Assembly: GCA_009923495.1 (NCBI GenBank)
Contig: RFTJ01000003.1
Coordinates: 1,236 to 65,235 of the forward strand
DNA length: 64,000 nucleotides
Direction of reading: 5' to 3'
From: Actinomycetota bacterium
Lineage (GTDB): Bacteria; Actinomycetota; Actinomycetes; S36-B12; UBA5976
Shown: positions 1-7,313 of the stretch, piece by piece
Layout: every line of letters starts with the position of its first letter
Position numbering within the stretch: position 1 is the first letter of the stretch
The notes under the pieces: model-generated
Told to the model about the DNA's origin: nothing
Seen by the model: the letters and a program-made list of their open reading frames with translations, nothing else
Databases searched by the model: none
Program-made: the position numbers and the translations under genes

Positions 1-30
1 TGGCACTGTTCTCCCCTTTAGTTTGGGCAT
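1..30 (-). CDS. 5' end of a leftward gene that leaves the window (partial, product unknown)
   Basis: ATG at 30..28 on the minus strand, preceded by GGAGG (complement of 34..38). Only 10 codons are visible, so no product call. Confidence 0.2.
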   Translation of the reverse strand, partial: MPKLKGRTVP

Positions 31-163
31 TATCCTCCCAGCGTACGGTATTCAAGAGTCCAAAATTCGCCAGTAGCGTACTTAGATTGAGTATTTGGGT
101 CACTGGGTAACTTACGCTTAGATAGCAATCGGTTATTTTTCGCAAGATTTAAGGTGATGCTCA

Positions 164-1495
164 TTGTCTATTCCCTTTGGTTTCTCGCCTGGCGAAAGTA
201 ACAGTGAGGATTTGGCAAAATTCTTTGAAAATTTGTCGCAGCTGATGCAGAACTCGGATAAAGCAGATTCGGGGCCAGTCAACTGGAAAGCGGTTGAACA
301 AACCAGTTCAGCGGTGTTGCACGATGCTGGCGATCCAGCGGTTGACTCAGACTTCAAGCAGGCTGCGCTTAGTGCTAGTGATTTAGCTGACTTATGGCTC
401 AATGAAGCAACTTCACTACCCAGCGGTGGTGAAAAGTGCGAAGTGCTAACGCGCGGACAATGGATTGCGCAAACTTTATTAGCTTGGCAAAGTCTGGTAA
501 ATCCAGTAGCACAAGGTCTGACTCAGGCAATGGCAACCATCATCCCAGCCGAGCTAGATACCGAGTCATTGGCCATCCCGCCAGAAGTGATGGCAGAGTT
601 ACCGCCTGAGATTGCTAGCCAGATGGAGCAACTGCTTAACTCGGGTGAACTTGGCAAGTTAATTGGTCCAATAATGGATTTGGCTAAATCAATGGGTGCC
701 ACTTTGTTTGGCAATCAATTTGGCCATGGTTTGGGCGTAATGGCCACAAAAGTCCTCAGCGGCACTGATGTAGGAATTCCCCTTACCAAGTCAAAACATC
801 CGAGTTACATAGCGGCCAATGTGAAGGAATTCAACTCGGGTTTGAATCTTGAATTGTCCGACACCTTGATTTTCTTAGCCTTGCGTGAACTTGCCCACCA
901 GCGCTTATTTACCGCAGCGCCCTGGTTGCAATCCCATATTCAGTCAGCAATGTCTGATTATTCATCTGGCGTTCAGATTGATACTAGTGTCATCGAGCAA
1001 GCGCTATCCGAAATAGATCCAACAGATATGGATGCAGTAAATGCAGCACTTAGTGGCGATCTGTTTGTTCAGTCACGGACTCCGGAACAAATTGCCGCCC
1101 TTGAGCGACTTGAACTTTTGCTTGCCCTAATCGAAAGTTGGGTGGCAACTGTAGTGACCGAGGCTGTTGGTAATCGTTTACCGAGCAGCGGAGCATTAGC
1201 TGAAACACTGCGCCGCCGGCGTGCTGCAGGCGGGCCAGCCGAGAAGTTCTTTGAGGGAATAATTGGTCTTGAAATAAGGCCACGCAAGATCAGAGAAGCT
1301 GCGGTTATCTGGCAAACGCTAACCGAGCGAATCGGTTTAGCAGAGCGTGACAAAATTTGGTCGCACCCTGACTTGCTTCCGACTTCGACTGACCTAGAAG
1401 ACATTGATGTATACCTGGCAAATCAAAGTCATGATCTAATGACCGATTTACAAAACTGGATCGACGAACAAAAATCAGCGGAAGATTCTGACTAA
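164..1495 (+). CDS. zinc-dependent metalloprotease-family protein (DUF2342-like, actinobacterial)
   Basis: 443-aa ORF from TTG 164 with AAGGTGA about 6 nt upstream. The overall pattern and its position next to the uvrD2-nudC-adnAB block match the family found there in mycobacteria. Recognised from memory, not aligned. The position where an HExxH would be expected reads RELAH. Confidence 0.55.
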   Translation: MSIPFGFSPGESNSEDLAKFFENLSQLMQNSDKADSGPVNWKAVEQTSSAVLHDAGDPAVDSDFKQAALSASDLADLWLNEATSLPSGGEKCEVLTRGQWIAQTLLAWQSLVNPVAQGLTQAMATIIPAELDTESLAIPPEVMAELPPEIASQMEQLLNSGELGKLIGPIMDLAKSMGATLFGNQFGHGLGVMATKVLSGTDVGIPLTKSKHPSYIAANVKEFNSGLNLELSDTLIFLALRELAHQRLFTAAPWLQSHIQSAMSDYSSGVQIDTSVIEQALSEIDPTDMDAVNAALSGDLFVQSRTPEQIAALERLELLLALIESWVATVVTEAVGNRLPSSGALAETLRRRRAAGGPAEKFFEGIIGLEIRPRKIREAAVIWQTLTERIGLAERDKIWSHPDLLPTSTDLEDIDVYLANQSHDLMTDLQNWIDEQKSAEDSD

Positions 1496-2100
1496 CTTTT
1501 CTCGGTCAATGCATGAGAATAGCCATCAAGGTAGGCGTTGGCTTTTTCAAGATGTGGAAGCTTGTTCAAGAGCCGATAAAAGTCGGCATTATGCGAGATG
1601 ACGACTAAGTGAATTAATTCATGAAAAATTACAGCGTCTTGCACATACTGTGGCATGCTAATCAGGCGATGTGAGAGCCGAATTACTCCTGTGGCTGGCG
1701 TGCAGGAGCCCCAACGAGAATTTTGATTTGTCACCCACTTCAAGGTGACTGGGACTCGATGGTTGCCAATGATGTCTTCACCTAAGTAAATGTCGACAAG
1801 ATACTTTGCACGCTCCATCAGTAGCTTTGGATCGACAGCAACCTGCTCCTGTTTCTCTATTCGCCTTACTAGCTCGGCAACCGTAGCATCCACTTCACGT
1901 TGTGAAAGTCTGGCGGGGACCTGAACAATGATTTTTCCGCCCCGTCGATAGGCAGAACTGGTTTTACGTCGACGTTTACTTCGCTGAATTTCAACCTCAA
2001 ACTCGGATACCGAAATTTCTAGTTCACTTTCAATTGTTTCAGAAGCGCAAGTTTCATCATCAATAAAATCAAAGAGCGATACCTCTGAGTGCTGATCCAT
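1492..2100 (-). CDS. YgjP/DUF45-type (M48-like) metallopeptidase
   Basis: 202 aa with an HExxH motif in AVIFHELIHLVV and the typical WGSC...IRLSHRL context. Its stop overlaps the convergent upstream gene by 4 nt. Confidence 0.7.
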   Translation of the reverse strand: MDQHSEVSLFDFIDDETCASETIESELEISVSEFEVEIQRSKRRRKTSSAYRRGGKIIVQVPARLSQREVDATVAELVRRIEKQEQVAVDPKLLMERAKYLVDIYLGEDIIGNHRVPVTLKWVTNQNSRWGSCTPATGVIRLSHRLISMPQYVQDAVIFHELIHLVVISHNADFYRLLNKLPHLEKANAYLDGYSHALTEKS

Positions 2101-2136
2101 TTAAGTAACGGTAGAGCATCAACTGACATAAAAGTA

Positions 2137-2207
2137 GGAGCTCCCGAGGCGCGTGCCACTCGTTCGCCTTCCCCTTGCGAACGTTGGCTCGTTATCTCGA
2201 GAGCTCC
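2137..2207. other. 71-nt extended imperfect hairpin (candidate small RNA, leader or terminator element)
   Basis: Outer stem GGAGCTC (2137-2143) / GAGCTCC (2201-2207), extended by CGAG/CTCG. Middle GCCA/TGGC. Apical perfect 7-bp stem CGTTCGC (2161-2167) / GCGAACG (2177-2183) with a 9-nt loop CTTCCCCTT. On the minus strand the hairpin is followed by TACTTTTAT. Confidence 0.5.
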
Positions 2208-2274
2208 AACGCATTGAAATCTAGGGCTTACCAACTTCAAGAACAAGCGAAACAGGTGAAAAATCATTCAGGTA

Positions 2275-2530
2275 TGTGGATAAGGCTGTGGAAGTACTGG
2301 GGAAACCTATTCGATATCTGGGGATTTTGCGTGCATAACATGTGAACTACATTGTGGAGCATTCCGTATTTATGCCGAAATACCGTGTATTTTTCCCCGT
2401 GGAAATGTGGATAGAAAAATCTTTGGAGGTATCGGGCGTATGACTGATTTACTGCGCAAGTTTTACTTGAGCGGTGCGCATTTTGCGCCAAGCTGGCCAG
2501 TAAATTCCAAGTCAAATAGTATGTGGAAAG
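2275..2530 (+). promoter_or_regulatory. cluster of same-orientation DnaA-box-like 9-mers (TGTGGAnnn) in an AT-rich non-coding gap
   Basis: TGTGGATAA 2275-2283 (exact complement of TTATCCACA), TGTGGAAGT 2287-2295, TGTGAACTA 2341-2349, TGTGGAGCA 2353-2361, CGTGGAAAT 2398-2406, TGTGGATAG 2406-2414, TGTGGAAAG 2522-2530. Also a CTGGGGA direct repeat at 2297-2303 and 2318-2324. Confidence 0.45.
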
Positions 2531-2570
2531 TTTTTACGAACAGACATCTTAAGTAGGCACGATAGTTGCC

Positions 2571-3533
2571 ATGACTTATCCGATTTTTACAACTGGAATT
2601 CAAGTGCTTTGGCGATCGCGCGATGAAGTGCAATTCGGAGTTAATCCCCAGACACGAATACTTGCAAGTGCTGCTGCGGCCGACTTTCTAATTGAAAATT
2701 GCTCCGGCACTAAACCTGTTTCAGAGTTGCTGAGCTTGGCACAAGCAGAAGGCTTTGACCTTACCTCAATCCGTTCATTGTTGGCTCGATTACTAGAGAA
2801 CGGCTTTTTAACCCAAAGGTCTGGTGAATCAATTGTCGAAAATTTACAAGACATCGAAATCGTCATTAAAGGCGCAGGTCGCCTTGGTACCACCGTTGCG
2901 ATTTTGCTAGCCGAGACGGGTATTGCAAATATTCGGATAATTGATAGCCGCCCGGTAGGTCTTGCAGACATTACTGCTTGGGGTCCGAGCCGAATTGATG
3001 TAGGTATGCGGCGGGATCACACTGCACTACTACTTTTAGAACGAACTATTCGAGGAAGTTGGCCGCGAATGCTCCGGCCGCACAAACCAGTAAGCCGAAG
3101 GTTGGCAATATTGTGCCCCGAACCGATTGGGAGAACTCCTTGGTTTGCCTCAAATATTGCTGATGAATTGATGGCTGGTGGCCAACCCTACTTAGTTGCT
3201 AGCACTGGCGCTGAAGGCGCCTTAGTCTCCACGGTTTTGACACCGGGAAGCACTGCCTGCGTTCGGTGTTACCACTGTCGCTTAACTGATTTAGACCACT
3301 GCTGGCCACTGCTGAGTTCTCAGCTAATTGGGCGAAGTGGCCCGGATTTAGCAAGTGCACGACTAATCTTGCATGTTGCGCATTTGATTGTTGAACTGAC
3401 CATCGACTGGCTGGCTAATCCAGAGGAATCTGAATCTGGAATTTACTCGATGGCTTGGCCGAGTCTGACTTCAGAATTCTCCCCCATATCTGCGCACCTA
3501 GCCTGTGGGTGCCAGTGGGATAAAGCTGGCTAA
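2571..3533 (+). CDS. ThiF/MoeB-type E1-like Rossmann protein with an N-terminal RRE-like (peptide-binding-like) region
   Basis: 320 aa. Has a GxGxxG motif in IKGAGRLGTTVAILLAETG and Cys motifs CVRCYHC and CGC, like the Zn sites of E1/ThiF folds. N-terminal pattern VLWRSRDEVQFGVNP...ENCSGTKPVSELL...LLARLLENGFL resembles ocin-ThiF-like / TOMM docking proteins (from memory). Lacks a clear SNLNRQ-type motif. Confidence 0.5.
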   Translation: MTYPIFTTGIQVLWRSRDEVQFGVNPQTRILASAAAADFLIENCSGTKPVSELLSLAQAEGFDLTSIRSLLARLLENGFLTQRSGESIVENLQDIEIVIKGAGRLGTTVAILLAETGIANIRIIDSRPVGLADITAWGPSRIDVGMRRDHTALLLLERTIRGSWPRMLRPHKPVSRRLAILCPEPIGRTPWFASNIADELMAGGQPYLVASTGAEGALVSTVLTPGSTACVRCYHCRLTDLDHCWPLLSSQLIGRSGPDLASARLILHVAHLIVELTIDWLANPEESESGIYSMAWPSLTSEFSPISAHLACGCQWDKAG

Positions 3534-5218
3534 TTTTCTAGGTCAAGCAGGAAACGCGAGGGCACTCTGTGTGCTGCTACATACTGCGAGCGAGACTTGG
3601 CCCAAGACAACTGCAAGTGTGTCTTTGCGCGAGTAATAGCCACGTAGAACAGCCTTCGTTCTTGATCAATCAACTCTGGAGTAGTCGCATAGGAAATTGG
3701 GACCAATCCCTCACTCAATCCCGCGACAAAGACCGCTTCCCATTCCAAACCTTTAACCGCGTGAATCGGCGCTAGTGTGACGGCGTTTGCCACCGGATCA
3801 TGGTCATACTCGTTGCGTTGATCTAGCAAGGCGATGAATTCAGGCAAGAGTGCATCTGGCCGGTCCTGTGCAAATTCATCTGCCAAAGTAACAAGCGTAT
3901 TTAATGACTCCCAAGTCGCCTGCGCGGCTTGTCCAGCTTCAGGTGCCTTGGGCGCCCAGCCTAGGGCACTAACTACATCGCGTACCTGATAGTTCAATTC
4001 TCTATCCACTTCGGTCTGCAAACTTGCTCGCAAATGCAAAATCGCTGACTTGATTTCGGGACGTTCAAAATATCTAGAGGAACCGCGGATAGTGAAGGGA
4101 ATGTCTGCATTACTTAAGGCAGTTTCAAAAGTTTCTGATTGGTTATTCATCCGATAAATGATTGCAATATTTTTCGGAGCTAATCCACTGGCGATTAAAG
4201 TTTTAATGCTTAGAGCAATCTGCGTTGCCTCGGTCTGATCATCAGTAAACGCATCAATTGCCACCTGCTTGGCGGGCGGGAGCTTCGTACTTAGTTGCAA
4301 ATTCTGTTTTGGCATCGCCGACAATGCCTGATTAGCGACCGAAATTATTTCGGGAGAGCTTCGATATGACTGCGTCAATTCGAAAGTGGTCGCTCTAGGG
4401 AAATGTTCCTTAAAATTCTCTAGGTATTGGGCTGACGCTCCAGTAAATTCATAAATTGTTTGGGCCGGGTCACCAACCACGCAAATGTCATCACGATTGC
4501 CCAGCCAGAGCGATAGAAGTTCAAATTGCACTGGACTTACATCCTGAAATTCATCAACCGTGAAATATCGATATTGCGATCTGACTTGTGCTGCGAGTTC
4601 TGGGTAGTTAGCCAAAATGGCAGTCGTGGTTAGCAAGACATCTTCAAAGTCCATACACATGGAATCATCAAGAACCTGAAGGTAGGTTTCGTAAACTTGT
4701 GCGACCTGGTCAGGTGAAAATCCGTGACCCACTTTACGATTCAACTCAGTAGCTTGCTGGCGATACGAGTCTGGGGAAATTAGGTTTACCTTTGCCCATT
4801 CGATTTCACCGGCCAAATCCCGCAGAGCATCAGGATCGGAGTCGGTGTGACACAGCTCTGCAGCTTTTTTAACATACTGAATTTTCGCAGGTACCAAAGT
4901 TGGCATTTGATTTGTAAAAACTTGCGGATAAAAGAAGCGCAGCTGTCGAAGCGCAGCACTGTGAAAAGTTCTTACTTGTGCACTGCCAATCCCCAAATTG
5001 TTGAGCCGGCTGCGCAATTCGCCAGCGGCTCTATTAGTAAATGTGACAGTTAGGGTCTGACTTGCGTCAACAACAGCACTGGAAATTGCATGGGCGAGAC
5101 GGTTGGTAATGGTCAAAGTTTTGCCAGTACCTGCGCCAGCGAGTATCACCACGGGTCCGCTTACACACTCAGCAGCCAAACGCTGCTGTGAGTCTAAGGG
5201 GCTAAGGAATTTGGACAC
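3530..5218 (-). CDS. uvrD2: UvrD/PcrA-family ATP-dependent DNA helicase (UvrD2 position)
   Basis: 562 aa. Walker A GAGTGKT, motif DEFQD, and a conserved C-terminal YVAITRAK. The synteny uvrD2-mycoredoxin-nudC matches mycobacteria. Confidence 0.8.
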   Translation of the reverse strand: MSKFLSPLDSQQRLAAECVSGPVVILAGAGTGKTLTITNRLAHAISSAVVDASQTLTVTFTNRAAGELRSRLNNLGIGSAQVRTFHSAALRQLRFFYPQVFTNQMPTLVPAKIQYVKKAAELCHTDSDPDALRDLAGEIEWAKVNLISPDSYRQQATELNRKVGHGFSPDQVAQVYETYLQVLDDSMCMDFEDVLLTTTAILANYPELAAQVRSQYRYFTVDEFQDVSPVQFELLSLWLGNRDDICVVGDPAQTIYEFTGASAQYLENFKEHFPRATTFELTQSYRSSPEIISVANQALSAMPKQNLQLSTKLPPAKQVAIDAFTDDQTEATQIALSIKTLIASGLAPKNIAIIYRMNNQSETFETALSNADIPFTIRGSSRYFERPEIKSAILHLRASLQTEVDRELNYQVRDVVSALGWAPKAPEAGQAAQATWESLNTLVTLADEFAQDRPDALLPEFIALLDQRNEYDHDPVANAVTLAPIHAVKGLEWEAVFVAGLSEGLVPISYATTPELIDQERRLFYVAITRAKTHLQLSWAKSRSQYVAAHRVPSRFLLDLEN

Positions 5219-5266
5219 TGCCCTATTGTTGCAAGATACGTCAGGGAGCAGTGAGTTGGCTGGCTA

Positions 5267-5515
5267 TTAGTCAGTTAGACCCAGTTTTTCCTTGACTTGA
5301 GCCAGACTTGGATTAGTGACTGCTTGGCCATCTGGATAAACCACAGTCGGCACTGTCTGATTTCCACCATTTACACTCATCACAAATTCAGCAGATGCTG
5401 GATCCTGCTCAATGTCGATTTCAGTAAAGGGAATGCCGGCACGACCAAGTTGTGCCTTTAATCGCTGACAGTAGCCACACCAAGGCGTGCTGTACATCGT
5501 TAATTGAGTTGACAT
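5267..5515 (-). CDS. mycoredoxin / glutaredoxin-like protein
   Basis: CxxC active site in TPWCGYCQRLK with a glutaredoxin fold pattern. Start moved to ATG 5515 (MSTQLTMY..., GGAG upstream), because the longest ORF (to 5590) would overlap nudC by 43 nt. Confidence 0.8.
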   Translation of the reverse strand: MSTQLTMYSTPWCGYCQRLKAQLGRAGIPFTEIDIEQDPASAEFVMSVNGGNQTVPTVVYPDGQAVTNPSLAQVKEKLGLTD

Positions 5516-5547
5516 GACATCTCCGTCTCTTTCGTTTTCCAACTCAT

Positions 5548-6459
5548 TTACCCTCGCGTCCATTCCTTTGCTAGCGGCTGACCGAACCAATGTTCAATCA
5601 AGTGCCAGGAAATGGCTGCCGGATTCGGTAACTTCAAGGCCCCAACTTCACATAACTCTCGCAGCTCGGTGCGGGTAAACCAGCGCAGTTCCGCAATTTC
5701 ATCGCCATCTGGTTTCAATTCATCCGTCGTTGCCAAGACTCGATACCCCAGCATTAACGAGGCTGGAAATGGCCAGGGCTGACTTCCCAGGTACTGCAAA
5801 GATTTAACATCGACTTCTACACCAGATTCTTCACGAACTTCGCGGATAACCGCAGCCTCACAAGATTCTCCTGCTTCAACAAAGCCCGCTAACGTTGAAA
5901 ACCAAGTTTCTGGCCAATTCGTTCTACGCCCAAGCAAGATTCGTTCTTGTTTGTCTTCGATTGAAACAATGATGGCTGGTTCAGTTCTCGGGAAGTGAGT
6001 TACGCAGCTATTTGGGCAGCTTCGTGACCAGCCAGCGTCACTAAGCGCAGTTTTAATACCACAGCGCACACAGTATTGGTGGGTTTCATGCCAAGTAGCC
6101 AATGCTGTTGCAGTAATTGCCAGCCCAACATCTCGCGGGGAAAGCTGCGCTCCAACATCGCGTAACGAAACCCACAGCGGAGCAATGGCAGTTGGCTCAG
6201 CAATCGCCACTGCCAAATAAGCGTGGTTGGTGTCGGTTCCTAGCAGTAATACTGTTTCTTCGGCAGGCGATGTTAATTCATGGGTTTGCACCAGTACCAA
6301 CGACAACTCTTCGGTAACTGGAACTCTTCCTTGGCTGATGTAGAGGGCACGCGTGGATTCGCTTTGCCATAAGTTGACAAGCCAATCAGAATCAGAGCGC
6401 AATTGACTTGCCCGATCAACAGTAAATCTGGCCAACGGCAAATCTGGAATAAGTCCCAC
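5548..6459 (-). CDS. nudC: NAD+ diphosphatase / NADH pyrophosphatase (Nudix)
   Basis: Zinc-ribbon CVRCG...CPNSC followed by a Nudix box GFVEAGESCEAAVIREVREESGV. Synteny with uvrD2. Confidence 0.85.
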   Translation of the reverse strand: MGLIPDLPLARFTVDRASQLRSDSDWLVNLWQSESTRALYISQGRVPVTEELSLVLVQTHELTSPAEETVLLLGTDTNHAYLAVAIAEPTAIAPLWVSLRDVGAQLSPRDVGLAITATALATWHETHQYCVRCGIKTALSDAGWSRSCPNSCVTHFPRTEPAIIVSIEDKQERILLGRRTNWPETWFSTLAGFVEAGESCEAAVIREVREESGVEVDVKSLQYLGSQPWPFPASLMLGYRVLATTDELKPDGDEIAELRWFTRTELRELCEVGALKLPNPAAISWHLIEHWFGQPLAKEWTRG

Positions 6460-6512
6460 GCTTCTAACCTAAGGTTCTGCGAGTAATTGTGCATCACCGT
6501 AGGCTGATTAGC

Positions 6513-7313
6513 ATGCGCATTGCCACTTGGAACCTGCTTCATGCAACGCCGATTCTAGGTGCCGGACAAGAAGCCGATTTAGTGGCCCAAGCACGACTTA
6601 TTCGAGCCGACATAATTGGTGTGCAAGAGGTTGATCGAGCGCAACCGCGCAGTAATCATGTGCATCAGTTGCAAGACATTGCCCAAGGCCTGGAGCTTCC
6701 CTATTGGGTTTTTGCACCTGCGGTTCACGGAACACCAGGCGAAGCTTGGGAACCTGCAGATGACTCTTCAGTGCATCATCACCATACTGACTCTGACGCA
6801 GACCTGCCCCATTACGGAAACGGTTTGGCTAGCCGTTATCCGATAAGCGAAGTAGAAATACTGCGGTTTAACGCCGCTGCCTTGTCCTTACCGTTAATGG
6901 TGCCAAGTGACAGAGGTTGGCAGATGTTGAAAGTCGCCGATGAACCACGGGTTGCCATTATTGCGCGAGTTGAAACACCTCGGGGGCCGATGACGATTGC
7001 CACAACCCACCTAAGTTTTGTTCCCGGTTTTAATGTCAAACAATTGCGCGTCATCACAAAAGTTATGGAGAAGCGCCTGCTGCCTTCGCTATTGCTTGGC
7101 GACTTTAATCTGATTGGCAAACTCCCTAGTCGGCTAACGCGTTGGCAGTCGCTAGCGCAATTGGCAACTTATCCGGTTGTTAATCCGAAAATTCAATTTG
7201 ATCACTTGCTCAGTCACGGACTAGATTCTGAAACCGTGCGCCGAGCAAAACTTGGTTCCCAACGAATGGCCCTGTCGATCAGTGATCACTGTGCGCTAAT
7301 TACCCAGATTTAA
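6513..7313 (+). CDS. endonuclease/exonuclease/phosphatase (EEP) family protein
   Basis: MRIATWNLLH N-terminus, internal GVQEV, and C-terminal SDHCAL, all typical of the EEP fold. Start is either ATG 6513 or GTG 6489. Confidence 0.7.
   Translation: MRIATWNLLHATPILGAGQEADLVAQARLIRADIIGVQEVDRAQPRSNHVHQLQDIAQGLELPYWVFAPAVHGTPGEAWEPADDSSVHHHHTDSDADLPHYGNGLASRYPISEVEILRFNAAALSLPLMVPSDRGWQMLKVADEPRVAIIARVETPRGPMTIATTHLSFVPGFNVKQLRVITKVMEKRLLPSLLLGDFNLIGKLPSRLTRWQSLAQLATYPVVNPKIQFDHLLSHGLDSETVRRAKLGSQRMALSISDHCALITQI

Noticed and set aside
2019-2267. 82-aa minus-strand ORF overlapping the YgjP-like start and the hairpin
   Set aside because: It overlaps the 5' end of a well-supported gene in another frame and spans the hairpin. 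There is no family resemblance.
2264-2515. 83-aa minus-strand ORF filling the large gap
   Set aside because: Its His/Phe/Tyr/Asn-rich composition is a direct read-through of the repeated TCCACA boxes (CAC/CAT codons). It has no recognisable family, no convincing SD, and lies in AT-rich repeat-laden DNA. It is treated as non-coding.
2101-2570. Chromosomal origin (oriC) interpretation of the DnaA-box cluster
   Set aside because: No dnaA, dnaN, rpmH, parAB or gidB genes are nearby. Only about 5-7 boxes are present, against the larger numbers usual for actinobacterial oriC. GC skew cannot be assessed from one window. This is kept only as an unlikely alternative.
5516-5590. Long N-terminal extension of the mycoredoxin ORF
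   Set aside because: It would overlap nudC by 43 nt. The internal ATG 5515 has a GGAG SD and gives the usual ~80-aa protein.
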